Positions 40,201 to 56,600 of a stretch of 64,000 bases of DNA are shown in pieces. Origin of the DNA: the human T2T-CHM13v2.0 reference genome, Homo sapiens. The first letter of the stretch is position 1. The number at the start of each line of letters is the position of its first letter. The stretch lies in assembly GCF_009914755.1 (NCBI RefSeq), contig NC_060928.1; one strand, written 5' to 3'. The position numbers were made by a program, and so were the translations under genes. The notes under the pieces are model-generated. The model searched no databases and had not been told where the DNA came from. It saw nothing but the letters and a program-made list of their open reading frames with translations.

Positions 40201-40678
40201 CAAACTGGGAGACTTCATATCAAAAAATGGCACAAAGACACTGTATTACAGCAATTATAGCACACCTTACCAATCATAAAGGATAAAGTATTTTGACTTT
40301 TTAATGATTGACTGCCATGTATATTTTTAGGTAAATAGAGCTGTTTAATCTGATTCATTAATAAGTGATTGGTTTAGTTGGTTTAATTTCATTTAATCAT
40401 GCTGATAAGGATAAAAAAGCTTATGTTTGTGTTTTATTTATGTTTAAGGTTAGTGTTTTGGGGAAATCAGAATGACTTAAGTTTTGGTTACATGGCTATG
40501 GGTGGTTGACTTTAGGGTATTCAGACTGTTATCTCCATTTTTGTTTATTTATTTCTAACAGGACATATATTGTTTATATTCCCTTCTGCCCTTTGAAGGT
40601 AATTGAAATGAACGAACAATAGACAGACTAACAGGAGAAAAGGCATATAAATGTATTAACATGCAAGCCAAATCCTTT

Positions 40679-40799
40679 ATATGGTCCTGAAAGCATAGAA
40701 AACACAGCAAAAATAGACAAATGGGATGACATCAAACTAAAAAGTTTCTACACAGCAAGGAAAACAACAGAGTAGAGACAACCCACAGAATTGGAGTCT
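40679..40799 (+). repeat. 121-bp inverted copy of 41897-42017 (L1 ORF2-derived)
   Basis: Manual reverse-complement alignment gives 4 mismatches and no gaps. Confidence 0.93.
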
Positions 40800-40861
40800 G
40801 TATTCAAATTATATTTGAAATATTACTCCATTAGATTTCAATCTCAGAAATGTTTCTTTTC

Positions 40862-43800
40862 AAATTATTTTTAACTGACAAATAATGATTGCATACATTT
40901 ATAAGGGAAAATATAATGTTTTGATATGTGTTAACAAGTTAAAGACTAAATGAAACTCATTAGCATATTTATCATCTCACTTATCATTTTAATGGTAAGA
41001 CGTTTAAAACTGGCTCAGCAATTTTGAAATATATAAAATATTAACTGTAGTCATTGTGCCATATAAAACTCAAACATTTATTCCTCCTCTCTCATTGAAA
41101 CTTTGTACCTTTTGACCAACATCTCCACATTTCCTCTCTTATCCTTTGCTTTCATAACCATCATTCTACTCTCTATTTCTATGAGTTCAACTTTTTTAGA
41201 TTCCACATGTAAATGATATCATGTAGTATTTGCTGTCTGTGCCTGGCTTATTTAGCAGAACTTCCTCCAGTTTCATTCATGTGTTGCAAATGACAGAATT
41301 TTCTGCTTTTTAAAGTCTGAATAATATTCAATTTTGTAAACACACCATATTTTTCTTTATGCATTCATTGGTTGGTGGACACTAAGGTAGACTCCATGTA
41401 TTGACTATTATCAATAGTGCTGCAGTGAACATGGGAGTGCAGACATCAGTTGTTCATATTGATTTGAATTCCTTTGGATATATACTCAGAAGTGGAATTG
41501 CTGAAGCACATGGTAATTCTGTCTTTAATATTTTGAGGAACCTCTATGTGGTTTTGCATAACGGCTGTACAAATTTACGTTCTCACTTAATAGTATACAA
41601 GGATTCCCTTTTCTCCACATCTTCAATAACACTTATCTTTCATCTTTTTGACAATAGTCATTCTAACTGTTAGGAGGTATTATCTCATTATCTCATTGTG
41701 GTTTTAATTTTCATTACCCTAATGATTAGTAATGTTAAGTATTTTTTTAATGAATCTGTGGAACATTTGGATGTCTTTCATAAATGTGTATTCAGGTCTT
41801 TGCCCATTTATATTTGTTTTTTTTTCTGGCTATTGAGTTGATTATCCTATACATTTTGGATATTAACCCTTTATCAGATGTATGGCTTGCAAACATAGAC
41901 TCCAATTTTGTGGGTTGTCTCTACTCTGTTGTTTTCCTTGCTGCATAGAAACTTTTTAGTTTGATGTCATCCCATTTGTCTATTTTTGCTGTGTTTTCTA
42001 TGCTTTCAGGGCCATATTCAAAAAATTATTGCTTAGATCAATGTTAAGCAGCTTTTTTTTCGATGTTTTCTTCATTCATTTTAGAGTTTCAGGTCTTACA
42101 TTTTACTTTTAATCCATTTTGAGATGTTTGTTGTATATGATATAAGAATCAGATTTTATCTTCTGCATGTGGTTATCCAGCTTCCCAACACCACTGAAGA
42201 TACTGTCCTTTCCTCATTGTGTGTTAGTGGCACCCTTACAAAAAATAATTTCTATAAATCTGTGGGTTTATTTCTGGATTTTTTATCCTGTTCCAGCGTA
42301 TGATGTATTTTTAAGCCAATACCATTATATTTTAATTATTATCACTTTGTAATACATTTTGATGCCTGATAGTATGATGTCTCTCAGGTTTTTTTGTTTG
42401 TTTGTTTTGCTCAATTTGTTTTGACTATTGGGCCTTTTTTTCTGACTTTATATGGATTTTTGATTGTTTTGTATATTGGTGTGAAAAAATGAACCTGAAA
42501 TTTTACTAAGAATTGCACTGAATCAGTAGATTTACTTAGGTAGTTTGGACATTTTAACAGTATTAATTCTTCCAATCCATGTACAAAAGATGTCTTTCTA
42601 TTTATTTGTGTTTTTTGTCAATATCTTTTATCAATGTCTTATAGTTTTCAGTATACAAATATTTCACATCTTTGGTTAAATTTATATCTAAGAATTTTTC
42701 TTTGCTAAGTATTTTTGTTGTTATTGCTATTGCAAGCAGGATTGATTTCTTAATTTCTCTTTGGAGAGTTCATTATCAGCACATACAAAGATAACTGATT
42801 TTTTTATGTTGATTTTATATCCTTCAACCTTAGTGAATTCATTTATTATTTTTAACAGTTTTTTCATGGAATCTTTATAATTTTCTACAATAAGACCTAT
42901 AATTTTCTGTAATATGTCATCAGCAAACAGACAATTTCACTTCTTATTTTTTCCTATTAGGATGTTGTTTATTTATTATTCTTGCCTAATTACTCTGGTG
43001 AGGATTTCCAGAACTATGTTGAAAGGAAGTGGTGAAAGTGAACTCCCTTGTTATGTTTTTGATCTTAGAAGAAAAACTTTCAACTTTTGACTCTTCAGTA
43101 TGATTTTAGCTGTGGTTTTGTTATACATGGCCATTACTATTGTGGTACTTTTCTTCTACATGCAGTGAGTTGACAAGTTTTATAATAAACGAATGTGGAA
43201 TTTTGTCCAATCCTTTTCTCTGTTAGTATGATCATATGGTTTTGTCCTTCATTCTATTAATATATCACATTTATTTATGTTTGTTCAACCTTTCTTGCAT
43301 CCCAGAGATAAACCCAGCTTAATCATGGTGAATAATTATTTCAATGTGTTGTTGAATACAGTTTGATAGTGTTTTGCTTACAATTTATGCATCTATGTTT
43401 ATCAAAAATATTTGCCTGTACTTTTTTGGTAGTATCTTTGTCTGGCCTTGGTATTAGGGTAAGTTTCAGAGTATTCCTTTTTCATCAATTTTTTGGAAGA
43501 ATTTGAGAAGGATTGGTATTAATATTTCTTTAAATGTTTGGCAGAATTCAGCTGTGATACCATCTGACCGTGGATTTTCTTCAATGGAAGATCTTTCATT
43601 ACTGATTCATTCTGCTTACTCATCATTGATCCATTCAGATTTCCTGTTTCCTCATGATTCTATTGGTAGGCTGCATGTGTCTAGGGATTTATACAATTCT
43701 AGGTTATCTAATTTGTTGGTGAATAATTGTTCATAGTACTTTCTTATGATCTGTTGTAGTTCTACGGTATCAGTTATAATGTCTCCTCTTCCATTTCTAA

Positions 43801-44120
43801 TTTGATTGATTTGAATGGTCTTTCTTTTTTCTTAGTCTAGCTAAGGGTTTGTCCTTTTTTTTTTTTCAAAAGACCAGCTCATAGTTTCGTTAATTTTTTC
43901 TATTGTTTTCCTAGTCTCTATTTCATTTATTTCTGCTCTGACTGATCTGATCTATATTATTCCACTCTTTCTGCTAACTTTGAACTTAGTTCTTTTACTG
44001 GTTCCTTAGGGTGTTGTGTTACATTGTTAATTAGAGATCCTTGAGGTGTAATGTCAGATTGTTCAAGATATTTCTTCTTTTTTTACTTAGACATTTATTA
44101 TTGTAAATTTCCTTCTTACA
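40862..44120 (-). mobile_element. L1MA-type element, ~3.2 kb (3' UTR and ORF2 remnant)
   Basis: Continuous antisense L1 (ttttagattccacatg, aatagtgctgcagtgaacatgggagtgcaga, gaaggattggtatta, ggcagaattcagctgtga). Confidence 0.92.
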
Positions 44121-44309
44121 AATGTTCTATGACTTGCCTTTCACCTCAATCTTCAATATTCTATTTGTTCAAGTAGTCATGATGTTTGTATGAAGGAGAA
44201 AATATATATTAATGATTCTATATACTATCAGTCAAATTCAACATCTTGTCTGACACCTATAGCAATGTTCTCAAACCTTTACTGAACGTGCATCTGTAGC
44301 TATGTTTTT

Positions 44310-44626
<317 letters not shown>

Positions 44627-44721
44627 TGAACTTTCATCTGTGAATTTTTTTATGTTTTCTCTATATATAATACACAAAATAGGACAACGTAAAGTTAAAA
44701 GTGTAACATTAAAATAAAATA

Positions 44722-45017
44722 TTTTTTTTCTTTTTTAATCAGAATCTCATGCTGTTGCCCAGGCAGGAATGCGGTGGCACCATTTAAGCTCACTGCAGCC
44801 TTGACCTCCCAGGCTCAAACAATCCTCCAACCTCAGCCTCCTGAGTAGCTGAGGCCACACGCACATGCCACCACGTCCAGGTTTTTTTTTTTTTTTTTTT
44901 GTAGAGATGGAGTGTTACTGTGTTGCTGGTCTCTAACTCCTGGGCTCAAGTGATTCTCCCACCCTGACTGGGGTTACAAGCATATAATTATATAATTACA
45001 GGCCACTGCACCTGGCC
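44722..45017 (-). mobile_element. AluJ-like
   Basis: cactgcagccttgacctcccaggctcaa, with an AT-rich insert near the 5' end. Confidence 0.88.
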
Positions 45018-46943
45018 TATGAATATTTTAAATGTTGTATAATTAGTATGGTGTTAAAATAAATATAATTTAATGTGTATAGTTTTTATGTATTTTGGAG
45101 TTAATGCATTATAATACAACAGTTTAAATGGCTGGTTTAATTTTAAATGGTTGGTTTTACTGATTACATCAATGAAAATGTTACTTTACCAAAATATGTA
45201 GGCCTAAAAGAAAAAATTTCATCTTGGTTTCAATGAACTAATCATGATATTTTATTTTCAGTCATAATGTTTAACTTTAGTTTTGAAATTAAACTCATTA
45301 AATTTCATCTTCATTGATATCAAGCAGTTGTTCTTAATGACTAATCAATATATATTACATTTTAATAATTGTGATTACATTTCATACTTCCACTGAAATT
45401 TTTATATGAAAAGTCATGTAAATGTTGTAATACTCCTTTTCCAAGTCGTGTAAAAGTGTCATGAGTGTTTCTGTAGGTGAGAAATTTTGCCGTATTGGTG
45501 CAGAATCAGTATGTGATTGACAGAAGACAAGGAACTGAGGTAAGGGATACAAGTATCTTCCCATTAGATAAAGAGTGCAGAAATTTAGCTGATACAAGAT
45601 GGGCACCAGATCAGAGCACCTGGAATCTGAGGGGCAAATATTATTGGCACTTTAAGGCATGTTGTTGCTCATCACACCTCCTGATAAATATGAAGACCCT
45701 ATGTGATTCCTTCAGACTCTTCCCACATCTTCTAGAGATCTGCCATGTGAAAATTCCTGGAAACAGCCCAAACACAGTCCTGGGTAAATTACGAATTAAA
45801 AGTTAATTTTCTGTCAGTTCTTAGCAAGCTGAAGCTTTAGGAATGCATGAATTTCTTTTAGGTGCCAGAAACTTTTCCAAATAACTGTTTCAGACTTATG
45901 GTTTCACAAAACAAATTTCGTCTCAGAAGCAGTTGCTTTTACTGTGAAGGAACTGTATAAATGCCTCTGTTTGTTTTTCAAAAGTATCTGTTTGTTGATA
46001 TAATTCTGATATCTTATTCCAGCAAAGACCGACAGATTTTACAACATGTATTTCTATAAGATATATAATCTATATGTAAGCTTGTTAAGTCTTTTGAAAG
46101 AACTAGGATCATATCCTGTAGCTCTTTGTAAAAATATTTTTCTTTGGTTACGTTATGGATGTTTCAGAGTATGCACTGCACATATAGTGTTCTCTCTATT
46201 ATCATACTCTAGAATATATCTTTATTAAAATTTAAGCCAAAACAACCACTCTTTCAATGGGAACACTGAAATAATAAATAGTTTCTGATATAACCAAACC
46301 ATTTTTAAACTAAAGTATCACAAAGTATTTTAGGGTTGAGACATATTATTATTCAAAAAGTGTAATGTTAAAAAGTAAAAAAGATAAAATTTTTGCCCTC
46401 ATGTAAATATAAAATAAACACTTATTAATGATTTTATTTCATTCATTAATTATTGGAAGAAACAATGAGATGTTACAACTATGTTCACAGAAGAATCCAG
46501 AGTGTCAAGCATCCATCGACGAAAAAAAAGAATAATGACATAAATTTATAAATAGAATCAAAACTGTCAAATATACAGGGCAATAGGCAATTAAATTACA
46601 ATTGACATAATTTGCATTTCTATGAACAAGATCATTTTTATTAGTATGTGTTCTACTACTTACAGGTTGTAAGTAACTCAGTGACAATAAAATGCAGAGA
46701 TAACCTGGCAGGGTGTGTTAGACAGGATACCCATAATCATTGTCCATTCAGAGTTTTTCAGTGTTTCTTGACACTAGCAAATAGCAAACACCAATACATT
46801 TTAGGAATGTATAATTTTCCTTACCATTCTCTAACAAATCTTCAACATAATATATTTCCCTAAGTATAAATTCTGCTATTCCTATGTGGGCTATTTCTAG
46901 GTTTTATTTATGAATATTACTGCTACCAAGTCCTCGTACCTGT

Positions 46944-47395
46944 TGTTAAATAAAATTCATTGGAGGCATTGTTTTGGACTAAGCTCCTGCACTAGGCCCC
47001 AATAGATCAAAACAAAATGGAGTCACTCATGCTAAGTGCCATGTAATCAAACTGAAATTTTAAAGAAGCAGGAAAATCCCAAAGCGTCCTAAAAACAGGA
47101 GATTCACATCAACCAATATGAAAGGGCCCAGTCAACCTAAGCCAGCATGACTTGAAATCCTCTCTGCCTTAACTCTTACAAGGAAAGTAACCTGAAGTAA
47201 CATGAGGTTAACAAATACACATTTTTTATTACTGTTTCCTTGTTTGTGCTCAAGTTACCTTACAAAATCAACTGTTCTGTCATGCCCAGCAAGGTACCTC
47301 TCTCTTTCTAGATGGAATGCTGTCTGCTTCATGGATCACTAATAAAAGCCAATTCAATCATTAAAATTAATTTGTTGAAATTTTGTCCTTTGGCA
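46944..47395 (+). mobile_element. ERV1-class solo LTR (MER67/MER31-group-like) inserted in old antisense L1
   Basis: tgttaaataaaatt...ggactaagctcctgcactaggcccc...aaaatggagtcactcatgct...aataaaagccaatt...tggca. Confidence 0.75.
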
Positions 47396-48589
47396 TTGCA
47401 TTCAATTAACATACATAAAACTTTTTGTTGGGTATTTACCTAGAATTAGAAGTGCTGGGAATTTTTTATGCATTTGTTTATCTTTTGTAGATACTGCCAA
47501 ATAACTTTCCAAAGTAGGTGCATTAACTTACAATTACATCAGCAGTATATGGAAGTTTCAATTTTTTCACAATCGTGAGAACACTCAATATTATTTGCCT
47601 CTGTATTTTAGGTATTTTGATGCGTGTATATTACGATTGAAGTTTTTTGTGTAAAATTATTTGGATGCATTTAATTATCTTTAATTTTCTAAGATTGCCA
47701 TCATATTTTCTATGCATATTTATGATTTTTTCATCTATTTTTCTCATTCTAATAAAACTGTTTTCTTTCTCTTTTCTAAATAAATTAGGTAGTACTTCCA
47801 GAAAATATTTGAGAAAAGTAGTTAAATGCTTGTCTTATTGCTGACTTTATAGAAAATGTTTCTACTGTTCAATCATTTTGTATACATCTACAAATATATA
47901 CTTTTATATATTTATCATATCACATATATTTTATGTAACATTTTTAGAATGTTGAGTGAATGTAGTTTAATTCCTTTATTATATAGTCTTTTAAATTCAA
48001 TTCACATGAACTATCACATGATTTTCACCAAATGCAGAAGTGACTATACAATTTTTTTTTCTTAGCCGTTAATGTGGAGTCCTAGCTTTTATACATTTAT
48101 TATTCTTTAAATGTGAGGTTAGGTTGTGTTTCTAATATTTTATTTGGATATCATATAAATATAACTTAATGCAATTGATTCTTAGTATTTTTTTGCAAAA
48201 CCTCGACCTTTTAAAAAAAATTCAAATCATATAGTAGATTCATAGCAAATAATTTGTTTTTCTTTTTTATGATTTAGAATAATTTCAAAATACACTTGAA
48301 TTAAATAGTCCACATTTTTATTTAGATATAAAAGAAACAACGTATTTGAGGTTTCAAGTACTCTTAAAACATATTTAAATTATTTTTTCTTAAAGAAACC
48401 AAGAGAAGCATCCACAGTAAACATCTACCTCCAGAAGATGAATAAATAAACTAGAACAAAAACTGGATTCTTCTTTATATTTATTGAATAATTTAAAAGA
48501 CATGATATTGATAGCATAGTTTTAATGTCATAATTTCAAACTCTGAAAATACTTTAATTTCACTACATACTTTAACTTACTTTTTCTAC

Positions 48590-48848
48590 CTTTTTTTTTT
48601 TTTCCCCAGACAGAATCTTACTCTGTTACGCCCAGGCTGGAGTGCAGTGGCGTGATCTCAGCTCACTGCAAACTGTTTCCTGAGTAGTTGGAATTTCAGG
48701 CTCATGCCACAATGACTGGCTAATTTTTGTATTTTTAGCAGAGACCAAGTTTCCTCATGTTGGCCAGCCTGGTCTCAAACTTCTGGCCTCAAGTGATCTG
48801 CCCTCTTCAGCCTCCCAAAGTGGTGGGACTACAGGTGTGAGCCTAGCC
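48590..48848 (-). mobile_element. AluS with internal deletion
   Basis: Poly-T, ggctggagtgcagtggcgtgatctcagctcactgcaa, a missing right-arm segment, then the left arm. Confidence 0.92.
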
Positions 48849-51800
48849 AATTTTTTGCTATGTATTTTAAATGTCATGTTATTTTTTGCATGTGGTTGCC
48901 TGCTATATTTAACAGTCAATTTGTAATCTTGCTGTGTCTCTCTTCTCAATGGCCTATTATAGGATGCATCTATTGTTTGCTTTTACTAAAAATTCAGTGT
49001 GAAAGTCTATTTTAATATCATAGTTGACACAAATTTTTAACTATTTTTAGATTATATATTTTTTATTTTTTGTCTTTTATTGTTTTTGAGGTTAAGATAA
49101 TTATTTATAAGAATAAATGTAACAATATTTAAAAAACATTCTTAAACCTGTCTTATATCAACATGAAAATAAATGACATTTTGGCCACCAAAAAGGAATT
49201 TAACATATTTTATATCTTTGATTTTAGGTCTCCTCTGTCTACTGAAGACAAAGTCTTAATTTCAAAAATCAAAGTGCAAAATATCTCTCATAACTTTGCC
49301 GGCTTCTAATCTCTAGTCTTACCTACTGCCTTTTCTCCATTTAATTACTTTTTTCCTACAGTCTAATTGAATTTCTTTTTCAACAAATTGTTTCTTTTCT
49401 TTAGACTTTTACATGTGTTATTTCCCCTTGAATTGGACAAAATATACAAGACTTCTTAAACTACTTTATGTATTCTTATATTTCTCAAATCCAGTTTAAA
49501 TACTACATCCACTTGAAGGCCTTCTTTAACCTTTACTTTGATCTGACTGTCCTCCACTATGTTCCCATATTTTGATCTTATTTTTAAAAATCATTAATCA
49601 CATTGTTTTGGTTTTGTTAAATTGTATAAAAATCCCTGATGGAAATTTAAAATTCTCTCAGACAAATCGTGAGTTGTACTTCTTTTCAACTCCACACTTA
49701 GTATCATTTTTTTTTTATTTCAGAAGGCTTTTAATAAATATGTATTATTTAGGAACATTTCTGACAGCTTTTCCCACATTTACTAACCTCATTATAATCC
49801 TTCTGCAGAAATGGATCTTAACCTAGAATCCTCAAACTTAAAAAAATATGGGAGCCATCAGCAAGTTCACAGGAAAATTTTTGGAAAATAAACTCTGTAT
49901 CTGAAGAGAATGTCTCCTCATGTATCTGTAAAAAGAATCCATTACTCTAAAATATTCAGAAAGATCAGTATATATTTATTATGTAGAAACTGCTTTCAAG
50001 AGATTGATTGTTGAGGAATTTTTCCATGGAAATCATAAATGTATTTTCACTGGGTTCTACTGTAGTTGTGTAAACCAACAGGTCCTTCAACAAGAGTTCT
50101 TCAGAAATCATATACTTACGTAAAAGGAAAAAACATTACTTATGTAAAATAAACATAGTCTACTCTGTTTCAGTATATAACCTCACAATAAGAATTGATC
50201 TATATGCTAAGTAGGCTAATTCTTCAATATAATTTGGAAGTGTCATTGATGTATGCACATAAAACTCATATCACCAAGGTCCACTGAATACTAAGTGTAT
50301 TAACATAGGCAAGAGGAAAGAATACCAGGTAGAATTATCTTTTACCCCCATGATCTTCCCCTTGGTTGAGCCTGACCTCATCCTCTGCATTAAAAGCTTA
50401 TTTACAGTTCTCTCTCATAATGATGGTGGTGAGTCAAATAAAAGACAAGGAGCCAGAGTCCTCTGTCTGCAGTGCCACTATAATTCACCTGTAATTCACG
50501 TAGAGCTCTCACCTGCATCTTCACCTGCAACTTCTACATATAGTTTCCTTCTGTCTTGTTTACAAAACTCAGCTGTTTTATGCCTTTCTTACCTTCCTTT
50601 ACATCAAATAACTCACATTTTGTTTTGTAAAGGCCAACATTTATTGTAACATTTCTTCTTGTGTTAGAGTTTTATTTGCATAGGTATTGTTTTTGTTAGT
50701 ACTCTGGATAAAAAGTGCAATGAGTCCATTTCGATTTTTATTTGGAGATATATTTTTACAACGATTGTTTTCCACAGATGCATATATAGTGTTAGAGTGT
50801 GAACCTCTCTCTTTATATAATTTTAATAGGTTTGATTTAAAAGCTCTAGAACAAGTTTCATGAAGCAAATGTCACAAAATATATAATATAGTTTAAAATG
50901 TTTTTAAAATTACATACATACATTGATTTCCGGACATTATAATTTATTTATAACAACAAGTGATGGGTACTAAAATTTACTAAATATATGTAAACTCACT
51001 TAATAAACAACAAACGTGCTTGCTTGCTACTTTTCCATACATTAATCACATGGTCATGATACAAGGGAATTTGAGAATAACAAGGTAAAAATCACCAGAA
51101 ATTCATTCTAATTGTTACAGAGTATTGACCCATCATATTTCATACATTAGAGAATGAAATTTTAATTTTACTTAATTTATGTTATTAGGTGTTTTATTTT
51201 TTAACAAGTTTAAGTTGTAGGATATAGGTTTTTAAAAGATAGGTGAAAAGCAAATACAGACTATGGCCACCAAATCAATAGACCTTTAAAAACCAATTAG
51301 TTCTTCAAATATATACCAAATGGACAAGGTACACATTAATATGAAAGTCATAAGTAAGAAAAGTAAATAGAAAAAGGAAAGTAATTGCTTTTCAGTGAAG
51401 CTTTAAAAAGAATAAACCAAAGCAGTCAGGAAGAAAATCCTGTGGCTTACAAAATGATTTGCCATTGCAACGGTTAATTTCTAGTTTATAATGGGTTTTA
51501 TTTCCACACTTTTGCAGTAATACATTCATTTCATGCCCAATTTATACCAGAGTTGGCCAGAGAATCCCTTATAGAGATAAGGCAGTTATATTTCATCTTA
51601 TCTTCTGAGCTATATCAGCATAACATTCTGTAACACTGGAAGATACTAACACAATGTACCAATAAAATGTAGGCAAGATCAGTTTTATCTCTCTAATGGA
51701 GAAAAGACTGTTGATTTAATAACACATGTAGCTTTCAATCTACTCAGCTAGCATAGCTGTATTGTGTTAGTCAGTTTGACTCATTTCTCAAAATTTTGAA

Positions 51801-52135
51801 TGGCACTTGTTTTTGCTTATATACATCACTAAATTATTCAAAACTGATTATGTATATGGAAGTATACTTTAAAAAGTGGGACATTAGCAAGCAAACTTCA
51901 CTTTTCTTTTTGATGTACTTCATTACATTTCAGCTTTTAAAGGGAGAAAAAAACTAAAAAGTATATAGCCAAAATATTTAAATTTTGTAATATCAAAATT
52001 GTAATAATTATACTAGGGAAAACATTTAATTTAGGAAAACAAAGCTTGCATGTGATAATAATCATATGAAATCTAGTTAGTATGTTTTGGTAATCTTGAT
52101 TAACAAAAGTTTACATAAGCTTTTATAGAATGCAG

Positions 52136-52650
52136 GCATATTTGAGACTCCTACTGTCATTTTTTTAGTTACAAAGGGTAGATGAGAAATAATATTTTTT
52201 TATGAGAGTGTAGTACAGGAAGAACCTAATTGCTATTTTCATGAGAAGATGAAGGGAGTGTGAAAGTGAGAAGTTAAGAATGAGAGTTTGTTTGCCAAAA
52301 GACAGAGAGTCCAGAGCATGCAGTGAAATGAATTTAGAGAGAGGAGATAGGGAGGACTTGGTGAAGAGAAAAGGAAGAACACACAGCTATGGGCAGGAAA
52401 ATACGAATATGGAAAAGATGGTAGTTAAAATTGGCAATGTGATTTTCTAAAGCATTATCACAGAGAGGTGGATTAGAATTCACTTAGGCTTTTCATAAAC
52501 AGCAGCAGCGCTCTGGATGGTCTGCAGTCCTAACATATATTATTACCTTCTTAATTGAAGGACACCAGCCAATTCCGAAAGGAAGATCCTGGTTTGGATT
52601 AACTATATGTTTTAAAGGTGCAGTGAGGTCCAAGGTGGAACTCAAGAGTT
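52136..52650. repeat. Left arm of a ~0.5 kb inverted repeat (partner ~54990-55505)
   Basis: For example agcagcagcgctctggatggtctgcagtccta (52501) versus taggactgcagaccatccagagcgctgctgct (55106). Confidence 0.95.
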
Positions 52651-53059
52651 CATTGTTACCTGCATTTATGCTCATAAAAAGTCAAGTAGAGGCATCTGTG
52701 ACTGCCCACTGTGAGATGCTAAAGTCTAAGTTTGCAAGGCTGGGGAAGAGGGTGGGAAGTCGGGGAGTGGAAGGAGGTGTGGAAGTCAGGATGTTCCATA
52801 AAGGCAGGGAATATATGGACAGCCCAGCATAGGTTTTCAAAGACCAATCATAGGTATTCAGAACCCAAGAGGATAGAGAGGTGGCAACAGAAATGATGGG
52901 ACATTGTTTACACATAGTGAGATTAAGCAATACTCATTTGAACTCCTTAAGTAAGCATATAATAGCAAGCAATAATAATCAAATGTCTCACTGTAGGAGA
53001 ACAGAGTTAAAAATAAGAATCTTATGGATGTGATAGTACTCTGTTTCTTGGTCCAGGTT

Positions 53060-54240
<1,181 letters not shown>

Positions 54241-54252
54241 AAATTTACTAAG

Positions 54253-54607
<355 letters not shown>

Positions 54608-54989
54608 CTATATTATTTGAACTCATTAGGAAAAAATTATACATTTTTCAGACAATATCTCCAATATTGGCATTTGCTAATTGTATGTATTTTCATTTTG
54701 AATCTGCATATATAACTAGTTTGTTTATTTTTCGTTGTATTCTTTTCCTGTAGAAATATTTGTTGTCATACTAGTTTGAAGATCTTAGGAATATAAAAAA
54801 ATTAAAAAATCTATATTACAGGATATGCTTAAAAAGTCACTATCAAGTGAATAGGAAAAAGTAACCAATAATTTCAATATTGTAAAAAAAGTTGGATATA
54901 GATAATTACTAGAGCTCCACAATCTCAGAATCCATATTAGCTGAGGAACAGCAAAAAGAGGGTTCCAGAAATTTCAGGCTTCGTGTTCA

Positions 54990-55505
54990 ACTCTGAGATC
55001 CACCTGGAGTCTGGTAACATATCTAAAACACATAGTGAATCCAAATCAGGATCTTCCTTTCAGAATTGGCTGGTGTCCTTCAATTAAGACGGCCGTAAAA
55101 TATGCTAGGACTGCAGACCATCCAGAGCGCTGCTGCTATTCATGAAAAGCCTAAGTGAATTCTAATCCACCTGTCTGTGATAATGCTTTAGAAAATCACA
55201 TTGCCAATTACAACTACCGTCTTTTCCATATTCGTATTTTCCTGCCCATAGCTGTTTGTTCTTCCTTTTGTCTTAACCAAGCCCTCCCTATCTTCTCTCT
55301 CTAAATTCATTTCACCGCATGTTCTGGACTTTCTGTCCTTTGGTAAACAAACTCTCATTCCTAACTTCTCATTTTCACATTTCCTTCATCTTCTGTGACA
55401 ATGGCAATTAAGTTCTTCCTGTCTTGCACTCTCATGGGAAGGCTAATTTTCTCGTACACAGTTTTTAACTAAAAATTGAAAGCTGGAGTCTCACAGATAT
55501 GCTTG
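54990..55505. repeat. Right arm of the ~0.5 kb inverted repeat
   Basis: Reverse complement of 52136-52650. Confidence 0.95.
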
Positions 55506-55899
55506 ATCTCCAATGCTGCCTTTACATCTGTCCTGTTCCTTCTCTTTTAAAATAGCCTTGCTTCTTTCTTTAAGACATGCCACCCAGCTACATCACCCTT
55601 CTATATCTTCTTCTCATTATTAAGTAAACATGCATCCAGTTACTACAGAATTTAAAACGTATATGATGTCTTGCTCTCCCCTTAAATATTTCACCACATT
55701 TGTTCTGACTTCAAATTCATGTGGAATTTCCAATGGTACATGGCAACTTAGTGACTGAAAAATATGATATTCAGTGAATTTCCCTTTATATCCATTCTCA
55801 TGGTTACATTTGTACTTCTAATAGCGTGAATTCCTACATCACATCTCTGCAATATTATGTTGTTTTTGCACCCAATTATTCTAATTTAATTACCTCCAC

Positions 55900-56600
55900 T
55901 ATATATCTTATTTGGCCTATTGAGAATTCCAATTCTGAAGTGGACAACTTGGTTTCTCTCTTTTTTAAAAACTCTATATCTGATCTACCTGTATCTATTT
56001 TACAGCTTACACTTTAGTTTTGCTTTGTTTTTCTCTTATTTATCAATTTCTTCTTTGTTTTTTGGCGTTCCTACTAGGCTGCATGTGTTATCACGCAAGC
56101 TCTGTCATCAAAAACTTAACCATATTCCCTATCGTCCGTTTTTTTTTTTAACTCTTCTGGATAAACCCTAGTCTTGGGAAACTCCAAATGATCATCCTCT
56201 CTCCCACTCTGAGGCTCCTGAATATTGCCGTAGTAAATTGTACAACCTTTAGATTGTGGCCACCATAAATTTAAGTGTTCAACTTCATGTTTGCCCTCAA
56301 TATTGCAGAACAACCTTCCATTTCCTTCATCACCTCCCTTTCTCATTTATCACAACAGTTATTTCAAAAGTTTCCAATCGCTTTAAACTTCTGACCCTAC
56401 AAACTCTCCTCTATACTCAGCAGATAAACTCACTTTCCACTTACTGAGAAAACAGGCACCAATTTTCTGCCATTAGACCTATAAATTTACTTGTATTGCC
56501 ACTGCTAAATCTGTTTTCTATCGTTGGGCTTTCACTCACGTGCTGGATATCATCATTCTCCTAGCAATTTAGGGAATTTTAATTTTTACTTGCACCATTT
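55900..56600 (+). mobile_element. L2 ORF2 remnant
   Basis: Pyrimidine-rich, with L2-like ctggataaacc...ccaccataaatt...gccctcaa and ccacttactgagaaaa; limits approximate. Confidence 0.55.
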
